This document shows positions 37,601-44,666 of a DNA stretch of 64,000 nt, in pieces. A model generated the notes under the pieces. The model had not been told where the DNA came from, ran no database searches, and worked only from the letters and a program-made list of their open reading frames with translations. Position 1 is the first letter of the stretch. Every line of letters starts with the position of its first letter. The stretch is taken from positions 32,001 through 96,000 of the forward strand of contig JBFIHX010000005.1 of the NCBI GenBank assembly GCA_041601615.1, written 5' to 3'. The position numbers were made by a program, and so were the translations under genes. Origin of the DNA: Thermoplasmatota archaeon. GTDB lineage: Archaea; Thermoplasmatota; E2; JACPAO01; JAHFTW01.

Positions 37601-39833
37601 CCGCGTTGGGCGTGGAGATGGTGATGTCGCCTGCGTACATTCCGGGCAGCAGCCAGGGGCTGGGCGGATTCGACTCGCCAGTGGCTTGTCCGAGCGTGGC
37701 CGTGGGGTCGTCGGCGCCGGGCGCTACTTTTTGGGTGGGGACTGCTGCGAGCCCGAGGGTGACGATGGCGATGTCGTCGAGTTCGTTGCCGTTCGTGTCG
37801 CGGGCTTTCGTGACGTCGGTTTCTCGCACTTGGACACGGAAGTGGGGGCCCGTGTGGTCGTCGACGAGTTCCAGGGCTTGCCCTTGTTCGTGCATGAACA
37901 GGCGCCATTGTTGTTCGGTGTTCAGGCTCCATTGCTCGGGTTGGGCATTGAGAGCGGCGACTACTTGGGGTCGGCCGACCACGACGTATTGCAAGAAGCC
38001 GGTGGCTTCGCCGAGCCAGGCGTCGTATGGCGAGAACTGGATCTGATCGCCTCGGGAAAAGACGCTTGGAAGGGGAGCCGGCGCTAGGTCGTCGGAGTCT
38101 AGGTAGCCAACGCCGCGGGTCCAGGGAGCGCTCTCCATGGGTTCGGCTCGCAGCGCTAAGACACCCATCAATTCCTGGGCGTGCCAGGGGCGGGAGGCGG
38201 TGTGTACGGATTGGCGCAGGGTCGCAAACGCCTGGGCCACGCGCAGGGAGGCGCCCATGCTGTTGTCCATCATCGTGGCGGAGCGGTCCATGGAGGGGGC
38301 GCCCGTGACGGAAATAGCGCCGGCGGCGTCGGTGTAGTCGCTGTCGAAGGGGGACGGGGAGGCCACGAAGTCGATGCCGGTGCCGTGGATGGCGGCGCGG
38401 CGTGAGGGGCCCAGGCAGCTATCGATGTTGGTTCCGGCGCGGTCTCCTGCGGCCACAGTGACCACACCAGGAATGTCGTTGATGCCCACCATGGTCATGA
38501 ATTGGCCGGGGATGGTGGCGCATTCGTCGGCTGGGGCGATGAAAGCGACTCCGGCGTCTCCGAGGTTGCGCACCGCCTTTTGCAGGTCTTCATCGAATGC
38601 GAGGTCGGCCAGATACGATTCGACTAGGGCTCGCAATCCAGGGGAAAGTGAGTCTTTCTTGGCCTTCAGAACATCAGCAAGATCCTTTTCATTGGTGCCG
38701 CCGAATTGGAATCCGGTGCGCCAGACTTCCTCCAGAACACTAGTGACTCCGAGTTGCGCAAGTTCGTCTTGGTTCTGCCAGGTGTTGGAGCTACGCGGGT
38801 CGCCTCGGGCGTCCAGCATCGGGGTGTCGGCAAAATGGAACGCGGGTCGCAGACTGTTTTGGACATTGGCCGGCAGGTGGATGCTGCTGGGGAGTCCCCA
38901 GATTGCAACTTGGACGCCGTTTTGGAAGGCGCTTTTTGCGCTCAATTCGGCGTAGTCGAGGCCATTGCGGATGGCGTCCCGCTCCAGGGCTCCGGTTTGT
39001 TGGTCGATGGCGCCCACGAATAGGACTTGGAATCCGGCCTCGGAGAGGCTCTTGGCCAAGGCGTGTCCTACGAATGTCAGCGGTTCGCCGAGGGCGGTTT
39101 TGTCGCCGCGGGATGCGAGGAACGTGCCGAATCCGCTCTTGTAATGGGGTAGGTAGGGAAGGGATTCTGGGTTGGCTAGCGTGATGCCGGCAAGGTCGTC
39201 TTCGTCCAGGAAATCACCGAACAACAGCACAATGGGTCGATCCTGCACGGCGCCGGCAAGGTGCTCTAGGGTGTCTACGGCTGCGTCGACGGGCGCGCCT
39301 TGATCCCGGGTCGAGGCGGTGGGGATCCATTCGAAACCAGTGGGGTTCCAGGTACGCTCATCCACTTCCTGTTGAACCTGCGCAAGCGAGGGAGCTTCGA
39401 CCCACAGGGGGGTCATGGCGCGGTCCGAGGAGCCGTCGTTCCAATGCACTTCCAGAGCGAGGTAGTGAAGGCCCGGTGGCGTCGCGGTCCATGCAGCAAC
39501 TTGCCCGCCGGGAATAGCTTCGCCGTCCACCGTCCAAGCCAGGGAACTGACGGAGTCGGCGGGGGATGGGTTGGCGCGAGCCGAAAAAACGGTCCCTTCT
39601 AGCCCCCAGCTTCGATCCACCGTAAATCGAGCCACATGCGGATCGCTTGCCACGTCTGACGCGGAAGGGGCCAGGTATGGAGCGTCGGCGCGGGATCCGG
39701 GCTCTGCCCCGGGCGCTTGCGCGATGGTCACCGTGGCGAACATGGGTAACACCATGGTCAAAACCAGCATGATCGCAAGATTGGTTGCGGCACTCGTTCG
39801 GGGGGCGTTGTACTTCATGGGGACACCGGCCAA
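25680..39833 (-). CDS. Giant 4717-aa surface protein: PKD-like, degenerate S8 subtilase, beta-helix, Ig-like repeats, ConA/LamG-like C-terminus
   Basis: 14.15-kb uninterrupted ORF; signal peptide; DxxxP-linked repeats with D.AG(N/H); WHRFDI/WHFVRV..YDDV motifs. Confidence 0.9.
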   Translation of the reverse strand: MAGVPMKYNAPRTSAATNLAIMLVLTMVLPMFATVTIAQAPGAEPGSRADAPYLAPSASDVASDPHVARFTVDRSWGLEGTVFSARANPSPADSVSSLAWTVDGEAIPGGQVAAWTATPPGLHYLALEVHWNDGSSDRAMTPLWVEAPSLAQVQQEVDERTWNPTGFEWIPTASTRDQGAPVDAAVDTLEHLAGAVQDRPIVLLFGDFLDEDDLAGITLANPESLPYLPHYKSGFGTFLASRGDKTALGEPLTFVGHALAKSLSEAGFQVLFVGAIDQQTGALERDAIRNGLDYAELSAKSAFQNGVQVAIWGLPSSIHLPANVQNSLRPAFHFADTPMLDARGDPRSSNTWQNQDELAQLGVTSVLEEVWRTGFQFGGTNEKDLADVLKAKKDSLSPGLRALVESYLADLAFDEDLQKAVRNLGDAGVAFIAPADECATIPGQFMTMVGINDIPGVVTVAAGDRAGTNIDSCLGPSRRAAIHGTGIDFVASPSPFDSDYTDAAGAISVTGAPSMDRSATMMDNSMGASLRVAQAFATLRQSVHTASRPWHAQELMGVLALRAEPMESAPWTRGVGYLDSDDLAPAPLPSVFSRGDQIQFSPYDAWLGEATGFLQYVVVGRPQVVAALNAQPEQWSLNTEQQWRLFMHEQGQALELVDDHTGPHFRVQVRETDVTKARDTNGNELDDIAIVTLGLAAVPTQKVAPGADDPTATLGQATGESNPPSPWLLPGMYAGDITISTPNAASLRLPLSISVGTALDVHRFVAPDTPVPGTAVCLATPLNLKDLHEVRSTMMEINDHNVCAHWADTDAAGIARFHASLPLSYDIVPFFSPYFEEKTKDVSTPDASVSGGATNTMGPRAYPQRPDSIALTAPRGDLWQLAIETPSVDWQELLTTGVNVDPSEYQEIPLPMFQIDPNNLRLPEVSYPLPLVDPRLPSQDTSETPELLPTYPLVYYGIERSYPLATAVHWRYLDNMEGDHFASIPASITPSTVASLHQLPNPLYGLYGTPIPGLDGGLQTASPDRLPLALGTAQDTLKGSTGNDPPTALFARPGQTALPMRTGPAADSCDLGAGHGASASTVRNLLYSGNSAAHIDALLAAGTTDGIPDQLVLRMEPSNAAVLGLQPTLPACSKMYTFNVPQPNEETVMTHEFDAHLEAAILVVCIEVTEAECRIIVPTSDGDGVYILEKKPTDLPRDVSDRMFEDRNSTPVATSGTTIPGLSDPALGDTVSLSRSGHVLMQSRQRSHDRDHGFITYTIIPFGLTSSGFLDPLLAHLASIDALSDIRFDGSSSIGQASALDLVREAAEDQMLPLAYAQLDRPALALDAWGYRDSFVHEPLADSQDLPRVDASDANLAGERWAAADAYLAPIHPNVDRARFARGIAYWDTETQTPDVDAMSSAGYAWIQPEFFEANVQVWDDDKILDTAPGRLEVRSADGAMLVASEACARDLPSNALRCLDVLEEGTGWTSKADGSGAYDPNLGSTIIRPRDTGFVDGTASGWQADWAKHLATPLFATATNYATAVAANPAVDANALEWFAPATVRVDRSYLSDMHQDTSFLLGTHHRTCEERHSDSQVPWNLESTPRWMTTCPWTSTGSNRWDQEIGTADTANDNLLWGSNNGGWTTLETGTNVTWTRDGVRCQTAPWETFTASTTASQRIAAIEAYYAARGATVHNVSAFQDPLPTGTNCGDTNGWHYQLEATMDFHGPRQALWNDMGRTVHPLWHPGTFAVDLDNWIACKGGRPVNGAACNTNHPIEQAWSALAGTNHATTYQDETGTHALVVDGKALAMTVFGLGKGTPMTYKLDGTTHTLTTRDDRLQHVATVPVDYDPDSWFSSSGTHSEFEAFYRTQWMSGADDAELLEALRDVVALFAKNVRDHLEANPYWTNVAGQKVPHPAAAADSFRFDAGDLSALGHMGHEGRSVGAKDAAITSSQIYGRWNPDHLVRDETGTVQTTKTTTADGETCWIDPSTDHDTAPHLEREISHTLPWNGGPAGTLHNETRNGATGATPPTRVGLWCTNEYGQTVPARTERETLPMRLADTPRSNTPITPFLASRSITPAAPGLGLQGFDVRPLIEQTLLEIAGAADSIPRTDLNPVPVTAIKITPLNSSSQETPLGASPILPLAHIEIDADLALAGLVLAHEYDLPTGTHAQFMAQQGTGPWQPLAARAAPGFAGDSEGSRLAFLDVTHLAPQFQLATQLVGDDWANATWNIHRIMPTPVTSNGDPIRVAAYQGDLSTAPFLSDLTLTQLEFHTGPILLDQDLVIPAGDERTFTGVDFVASDCGGRTCTLQVQGILHLINATLAPAAGLNGFPVHVTGTLQGTGVRAQGLAAGIEVRGGTLDLADCWIVRPGHLGILAAHATVRVRHCAFADQTLGILATGSDVRIHNTLFDRMLRSAAILHDSHGLVRDNTVTEARQSGFSVTGLSGASDMLLWNNRITDTAVGIALEAVEDRIQTPNPFTPTTPAAARDRVQENTINAATTIRTGTFANPTQGNNTLLAALTAPGTSGGQTQALSHNGTPWQPTDIAALAATIAADGMIPASDVDLAAPADANVRLDIHTAATVQQVRLQGTFYNTSVDLPEATTLDALITALQALNTTDRTGLLGTPGRIATVEVQNPNGEATHNFQFTTGTESRVLWTVTHVDTGSGWQEAPAEQTKAASIHNTLQWPLVTQYAYLVRDLTFDTLDDLLVTAQNRSAATLHPGNLAGLPHTLLPDGTLAVHGNTSLIALGTDLEPGIRYEFATRTSTGQIDNQGLSSERLVKLPDVPEGVTIHIQGRAVDPTGTTGPWTGSRILVDRTRPVLELNAGCLSGSDAGIYYRSYDPRGNWGTDPAYRASGIAELQVLATGAISNQTYPLLNPTFNDQQNLWTLPPEAYVDGESYSIQGHIIDHAGHAAIASIQNVVVDTSGPRLLGLGSTEGLLPDPNSTTPSYLGTKDLAPDGSLQVQFLVDDRPIDAERTHNCGIEEATLEYRVSGAGIWRPLDHQSPTIGTATTVLTGTINSTVVQSVLGRHLEFRVWAKDRAGHQTENTTGRIIVDTEAPLPLNIHAGDFLCLGPNNNQPIEWGAKDWKPSGSASAYEPSGIKQARLIMVHLNRTMEVLATIHHTANELNLESHQFDALTRDQIAKTFLVVDAQDRAGNGMQYTPAYLQGLGATHFEALRQASYKIHFDNDAPQIRVNSNFNYGVGLWENYPNTHIPLPTNGQLPNKDLAFLYDLVEPAETCFVDQFRIHISDEGNYNQLANHTQNINDWSHAMQVKVPLLPSLVGNITAHIQVWDQANNTATKTVNLGDPDPNPPLLSPTLGPQGVCYRSGYGQFGYAMSDNQSPHYLNLREREQGLGGIWSLAQNNTIVDWSGDFPRIAAFHTPSGASRDVFYALRGADTAGNIATTNNSWGRASIDADAPELEWLQPTTTGFFDPTNGLQAQWQATDAALLHCNGVVSGSIHLTSPLGTTTAWNGSLSDTGLGAQAPPGEPFTLSHAELATYEGMPITFNGTVVDHAGWSTEQTIGPFIPDDTAPVIDPLPTLPLYTGPNGFLLAWTPIDPIPGPGRAASGIASSHAIASNGDPIFGGQTQAESGQPLMPPTTRSGATVNVSVQAIDNVTHETTYNLGSVQTDFDVPGYELIPKTTICSGPQTGPINVTYSGWDTGSGLDDLRLLRVLSNLAVEPVHSTTEPHYAPEWSENATIDPWQWGEDIYLLLVDGYDMVQNGEHWTQVQLQNMPEEERNILLSGATLVVVDRRHPLGNPLPGLDGFFREVGNNIQAMGEAIGYRPIIAAGQLVSGGCEAITFELFLQTTDGSDTEPIQTQSGNQTLTIHETIHLNDTKYTRFHGQEVQLVLHGQDGAGHTWTNHSSAFVIDLVAPAIQDPPSLPALIGAAGINQTWTALDDQGAVDTGITWNAIELRPDANSTPLITAGPGTLLDIPAELENQALQAYVRVLDGAANELEIYLGQVEGDRTAPLLDANSINYESGTVGIDYTLAERNPSHILVQRTSTSGTSNETWTHASRYEDTTPPTNELATYTLCPVDQAGNPGTCQVLEIFVNAELPSIGLLSPSFAGTTRLGSGDLGLPVSGHVASVSTPGTTIWSSETDPGVFTLALEITPPHPDATMDIQATSRLGPISFTSVGSNRYEATIDLDEDQQEEVTLLVTANNGRSTAWRHSFHFAKDGIQPQVAQMQPQGNAHNYYNGYGPDGTSQKLGYTYGGSLHTPLAAHSALLTVTQWSNPGTNPGSTEFLALEGDEGDIAHLRYASNTLTLTVGNQSIAIGNITLKSQWYRFDLIAADGRMEAFLDETYLGSLPLSGPIRLESTRVQSASAMWTAPKVSLLDSDLRNLLEDQPILGGDGWQPIGQGTLQDTNTLGTAGGPTYLSIQPDSGHTLAAKSPPVDLPSSSHLTFRIKAKPAIEDPVFTVRNDDGDMMVRARVRYSTLEVEEGNGNWTILSSVDSRWHRFDIFIRHGHALIQRDQLSSVWVPLHADGPAATVEAGGGANTVDIDRLRIDMDTSRHDHTFVQPLTAFGWSETGSGLKTYAGSGFLGNGYLQVTGATSPGGRTYASFPTTGLGSKYTVEAAFAIGDSLNKPEHQAILSGLKSDDAPRWAVTLGPSQEIDCDAGDWRVHLYNGNTRISEGGVCLKNEKEWHFVRVEVTSTSVAVTLDDDTNSTFTSSITTGSDKRIGVGDVFPSPDAGRSGRGVGWYDDVVAFKRQ

Positions 39834-40326
39834 GAAACGCCCACCGGGGGCCCGACGCCGCGCATGCGCGATGGTCGAGACCAGAAGGCTACCGCAACAT
39901 CCGGGGATGCTACTTATCCCTTCGTTAGATAATTAGGGAACAGGTCATAAAGTTTATCAAAAACCGGCCGAGAACACTGGAAACAAGTTGGTGAAATCGG
40001 GTACATCGCAATGGAACCTCGATCTAATTCATGCAGCCCACAAACAACCAATGTTCTACCCCAAGCGCCCCCACGGGGCCAGTTTCCTCCAAGAAAACGC
40101 CCTCGCCGACTCCATCGTGCGGAAGGCCGCTCGCCCCGCAATTCCGCCACGCGCAACATGGGCCGGCCCGAGAGCAAAACCGGCCAAAATTGGACGCGAT
40201 TGGCTCATTTTGGGTATGCGGCCGTACCCATACCCTTTTGCCCCTCTTCGACTCCGCGAACCAAGACCGAGCCCGGGCCAGGCCCCTCCTGGCACCGTGC
40301 CGTAATCGACTCTCGTAGGTGACCCG

Positions 40327-42528
40327 ATGGGACGCAAGGAAGACAACATCAAGAAGGCCACCGAGATCATGCACAATCTCGACGGCATCCGCAACATCGC
40401 CATCGCGGCGCACATCGACCACGGCAAGACGACGTTCTCCGACAACCTGCTGGCTGGCGCCGGCATGATGTCGGCGGACCTTGCTGGTGAACAGCGAGCC
40501 CTCGACTTCGACGAAGAAGAGCAAGCCCGCGGCATCACCATCAACTCCGCGTCCGCCTCGATGGTGCACACCTACGAAGGCAATGACTACCTCATCAACC
40601 TCATCGACACCCCCGGTCACGTTGACTTTGGTGGCGACGTAACCCGCGCCATGCGCGCCGTCGACGGCTGCATCATCCTGGTGTGCGCCGTGGAAGGCCC
40701 CATGCCGCAAACCGAGACCGTGGTGCGCCAGGCCCTTCGTGAGAAGGTCCAGCCGACCCTCTTCATCAACAAGGTTGACCGCCTCATCAACGAGCTGAAG
40801 GTCACGCCTGCCCAGATGCAAGAGCGCTTCGTCAAGCACATCAACAAAGTCAACCAGCTCATCAACGCCAACCTCCCGAAGGAATTCAAGGGCAAGTGGG
40901 GCGTTCGCATCGAGGACGGCACCGTCATGTTCGGCAGTGCCTACCACAACTGGGGCATGTCCGTTCCCTACATGCAAAAGCACAAGATCGGCTTCGCCCG
41001 CATCTTCGAACTTTGCCACGCCAACGACGAGAAGCAACTCGCCAAGGAATGCCCCATCGCCGATGTTGTACTGGACACCGTGGTTCGCTCCCTGCCGAGC
41101 CCCAAGGTCGCCCAAGAATACCGCATCCGCCACATCTGGCACGGCGACCAAGACAGCACCGCAGGCATCGACATGCGCGAAGCCAAGAGCAAGGGTGTCA
41201 CGACCTTCATGGTCACCAAGATCATGATGGACCCCCACGCTGGTGAAATCGCCGTCGGCCGCCTCTTCTCCGGCGCCCTGACCCGCGGAGACGAACTGTT
41301 CATCGCCGGTACCAAGACCAAGAACCGCGTCCAGCAAGTCGGCATGATGATCGGCGCCGACCGTGTGGCCGTCGACAAGATCACCGCCGGCAACATCGCC
41401 GCCGTCACCGGCCTGCGCGATGCCATGGCCGGTATGACCCTCACCAGCGACACCGAGATGGAGCCCTTCGAGCGCATCATCCACGTCAGTGACCCCGTCG
41501 TCACCGTCGCTGTGGAAGCCAAGAACATGCGCGACTTGCCCAAGCTCGTCGACACCCTGCGCAGTGTAGCCAAGGGTGATCCCAGCCTGGTCCTTTCGAT
41601 CAACCAGGAAACTGGCGAGAACCTGATGAGTGGCATGGGTGAACTCCACTTGGAAATCATTCAGCACCGCATCGAGCGCGACTACAAACTGGAGATCATC
41701 TGCTCCACGCCCATCGTCGTGTACCGAGAGAGTGTCTCCGCTACCAGCCCATACCCCTTCGAAGGCAAGTCCCCCAACCGCCACAACCGGTTCTACATCA
41801 CCGCCGAACCCCTAGACGAGGCGATTGTCAAGGGCCTGCACGACAACACCATCCCGAGCGAAGCCAAGAAGCACGCCAAGGAAATCGAGTCGATCATGTA
41901 CAACGAGTACGGCTGGGAGAAGGACATGGCCAAGAAGGTCAAGGCCATCGACGGCACCTGCATGCTCGTGGACGCCACCAAGGGTATCCAGTACCTGCAC
42001 GAGACCTTCGAACTGATCACGGAAGGCTGGAAGGAAGTCATCAAGGCCGGCCCCCGCGCCGGCGAACCGGTCCAAGGCGTCCTGTTCAAGCTGACCGACG
42101 CCAAGCTCCACGAGGACGCTGTCCACCGCGGCCCCGCGCAAGTGATTCCCGCCGTGCGCAACGCCACCTACGGCGCCATGACCACGGCCAAGTCCATCCT
42201 GATCGAACCCATGCAGAAGGCGGTCGTCACGACCCCCGACGACGTCATGGGCAACGCCACGCGCGAGTTCCAGAGCCGCCGCGGCCTCATCCAGGACATG
42301 CAACAGGAGGGTGATTCCACCACCATCACGGCCAAGACCCCGGTCGCCGAGATGTTCGGATTCGCCGGCGCCATCCGCTCCGCAACGGGCGGCCGCGCCA
42401 TCTGGTCCACGGAAAACCTAGGCTTCGAAGTGCTCGACATGGCCCTTCAGGACAAGGTCACGCGCCAAATCCGCGAACGCAAGGGCCTCAAGCCCGACCC
42501 GTACCCGCCTGAGTATTACGCTGAGTGA
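40327..42528 (+). CDS. fusA: Elongation factor aEF-2
   Basis: AHIDHGKTT, RGITI, DTPGHVDF, NKVD, HEDAVHRGPAQ (diphthamide His). Confidence 0.99.
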   Translation: MGRKEDNIKKATEIMHNLDGIRNIAIAAHIDHGKTTFSDNLLAGAGMMSADLAGEQRALDFDEEEQARGITINSASASMVHTYEGNDYLINLIDTPGHVDFGGDVTRAMRAVDGCIILVCAVEGPMPQTETVVRQALREKVQPTLFINKVDRLINELKVTPAQMQERFVKHINKVNQLINANLPKEFKGKWGVRIEDGTVMFGSAYHNWGMSVPYMQKHKIGFARIFELCHANDEKQLAKECPIADVVLDTVVRSLPSPKVAQEYRIRHIWHGDQDSTAGIDMREAKSKGVTTFMVTKIMMDPHAGEIAVGRLFSGALTRGDELFIAGTKTKNRVQQVGMMIGADRVAVDKITAGNIAAVTGLRDAMAGMTLTSDTEMEPFERIIHVSDPVVTVAVEAKNMRDLPKLVDTLRSVAKGDPSLVLSINQETGENLMSGMGELHLEIIQHRIERDYKLEIICSTPIVVYRESVSATSPYPFEGKSPNRHNRFYITAEPLDEAIVKGLHDNTIPSEAKKHAKEIESIMYNEYGWEKDMAKKVKAIDGTCMLVDATKGIQYLHETFELITEGWKEVIKAGPRAGEPVQGVLFKLTDAKLHEDAVHRGPAQVIPAVRNATYGAMTTAKSILIEPMQKAVVTTPDDVMGNATREFQSRRGLIQDMQQEGDSTTITAKTPVAEMFGFAGAIRSATGGRAIWSTENLGFEVLDMALQDKVTRQIRERKGLKPDPYPPEYYAE

Positions 42529-42547
42529 GGGCGCAGCCCGAACGGGT

Positions 42548-42632
42548 GTAATACTCAGGAGCGAGGCCCTCGGGCCGAGCGTCGCTGCGGCCCACTTGTG
42601 GGCCGTATGCGCCTGAGTATTACGCTGGGTAG
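42548..42632 (+). repeat. Inverted (42548-42559) and direct ghost (42603-42632) copies of the fusA 3' end
   Basis: GTAATACTCAGG is the reverse complement of 42508-42519; CCGTATGCGCCTGAGTATTACGCTGGGTAG encodes PYAPEYYAG*. Confidence 0.88.
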
Positions 42633-42747
42633 GCGAATTCGCGGCCCTGGGCGGCGGAATTGGACCGCCTCGACCCACCCTTTTTCCTCCCTCTCCTCCC
42701 CCGCTCCTTCCCCCTTCGTTTATGACCAACCTGTCACTCGCCGAATC

Positions 42748-43548
42748 GTGGCGAAGCTGACAGAATTCCCGGAAGAGGGCGAACTGGTCGTCGGGACCGT
42801 GACGAAGGTCCAGAACTTCGGGGCGTTCATTGCACTGGAAGAATACCCGGGCAAGGAAGGCTTCGTTCACATTCGCGAAGTCGCCAGCGGCTGGGTCAAG
42901 CGCATCCGTGACTTCGTTCGCGAGCAGCAGCGCGTGGTCTGCAAGGTCCACGGCGTCAACTCCAAGAAAGGCCACGTCGACCTTTCCCTGAAGTCCGTCA
43001 ACGACCACCAGCGCCGCGAAACCATCCAGCGCTGGAAGAACGAACAGAAGGCAGACAAATTGCTCGAGATGTTCGCCGAGCGCATCGGCAAACCCGTCGA
43101 AGAAATCAGCGACCTCGTCGCCCGCCCCCTCCTCGACGTCTGGGAAAACCTGTACGATGCCTTCACCGAGGCCGCCGAATACGGCCACCAAGTGTTCATC
43201 GATGAGAAAATCGAAGCCGACTGGTCCGAGGAATTCGTCGCATTTGCCGCCGAAAACATCCAGGCCCAATTCGTCGAAGTACACGGCTTCGTGGACGTCC
43301 ACAGCACCGCCCCCGACGGCGTCAAGGCCGTTCAAAAGGCGCTCACCGACGCGGAGAAATCCGAATTCGACGACGTCATCATCAAAGTCACCTACAAGGG
43401 CGCTCCCCTGTACCGCATCGACGTACAGGCTCCCGACTTCAAAATCGGAGAAGAGCAACTCAAGAAGGCAGCCGACCGCGCGATTGCCATCATGACGAAG
43501 GCAGGCGGCACCGGCAGCTACCGCCGGGAACTCGAGGAGGACAAGTAG
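42748..43548 (+). CDS. eif2a: Translation initiation factor aIF2 alpha
   Basis: FPEEGELVVGTV S1 domain, GHVDLSLK, GAPLYRI. Confidence 0.96.
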   Translation: MAKLTEFPEEGELVVGTVTKVQNFGAFIALEEYPGKEGFVHIREVASGWVKRIRDFVREQQRVVCKVHGVNSKKGHVDLSLKSVNDHQRRETIQRWKNEQKADKLLEMFAERIGKPVEEISDLVARPLLDVWENLYDAFTEAAEYGHQVFIDEKIEADWSEEFVAFAAENIQAQFVEVHGFVDVHSTAPDGVKAVQKALTDAEKSEFDDVIIKVTYKGAPLYRIDVQAPDFKIGEEQLKKAADRAIAIMTKAGGTGSYRRELEEDK

Positions 43549-43727
43549 TGGCGCATGTCCTCCTGAAGCGCTGCTCTTCGTGCCGAGACTACACGCTCCA
43601 GGAAACCTGCCCCCACTGTGGCGCCCGCGCCGACCCCAACCGGCCCGCCAAGTTCAGCCCCGAAGACCACCACGGTGCGTACCGTCGCAAGCTGAAGATC
43701 CTCACGCGCGACGAAAACAAGGACTAG
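43548..43727 (+). CDS. nop10: H/ACA RNP protein Nop10 (not in ORF track)
   Basis: Manual translation MAHVLLKRCSSCRDYTLQETCPHCG...PAKFSPEDHHGAYRR; conserved eif2a-nop10-PAC2 order. Confidence 0.95.
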   Translation: MAHVLLKRCSSCRDYTLQETCPHCGARADPNRPAKFSPEDHHGAYRRKLKILTRDENKD

Positions 43728-43735
43728 GGGTGACC

Positions 43736-44488
43736 ATGAGCGACTTGATGCGGTTCCGGGAACACAAGGCGCCCACGGTCAAGAACCCGGTCTTCGTCGA
43801 AGGCCTCCCGGGTGTCGGCAACGTCGGAAAACTCGCCGCCCAACACCTCGTGGACGCCCTCGGCGCCACCCTCTGGTTCGACATCTTCAGCCACGACTTC
43901 CCACCCCAGGTCACCATCGAACCCAATGGCACCGTCCGCTTGGTACGCAACCAAGTCTGGGTCGCCCCCAGCAAAAAAGGCGACCTCGTTCTCCTGACCG
44001 GCGACTACCAGCCGCTGAGCAGCGCCGGACAATTCGCCCTCGTCGAAGGCGTACTGGACCTCATCGAGCCACTTGGCTGCAAGAGCATGTACACCCTCGG
44101 CGGCTTCGGCCTCGGCACCTCCATTGACGACCCCGGCGTCCTAGGTGCTGCCACGGACGAAGCCATGGTCGATGAACTCACCAGCCACGGCGTCACCTTC
44201 CAAGACGACGAACCCACCGGCGGCATCATCGGCGCCAGCGGCCTATTTCTAGGCCTCGGCATGGAACGCGGCATGCGAGGCGCCTGCCTCATGGGCGAAA
44301 CCAGCGGCTACATGGTCGACCCCGCCGCCGCCCGCGCCGTGCTGCGCGTGCTCGGAAAGATCCTGGGCCGGGAAATTGATATGACCGACCTTGAAGAAAA
44401 GGCGTCCGAAATTGACCGGATTACGCAGCAGTTGCACGACGCAGAGGTCGCGGCGAGAGAGCCGGGCGATTTGCATTATATTGGGTAG
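43736..44488 (+). CDS. Proteasome assembly chaperone PAC2 family
   Basis: EGLPGVGNVGKLAA, GDYQP, TLGG, CLMGETSGY..DP.AA. Confidence 0.93.
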   Translation: MSDLMRFREHKAPTVKNPVFVEGLPGVGNVGKLAAQHLVDALGATLWFDIFSHDFPPQVTIEPNGTVRLVRNQVWVAPSKKGDLVLLTGDYQPLSSAGQFALVEGVLDLIEPLGCKSMYTLGGFGLGTSIDDPGVLGAATDEAMVDELTSHGVTFQDDEPTGGIIGASGLFLGLGMERGMRGACLMGETSGYMVDPAAARAVLRVLGKILGREIDMTDLEEKASEIDRITQQLHDAEVAAREPGDLHYIG

Positions 44489-44666
44489 GTGGATTGGCTT
44501 TGCCGGGGGTGTTGGGGTTGGGTGGGATAATAACTTGTTAGTCCGCCCGTAGGATTTCTTCGGCAGCGAATGGTGTGGCTGCAAACTCCCGCTGCATGCA
44601 GATCCCAGAAAATGGCCAGCAAAAGTGAAAACCTCCAGGGCCAATACAAACCTTGAGTGCAACGGA

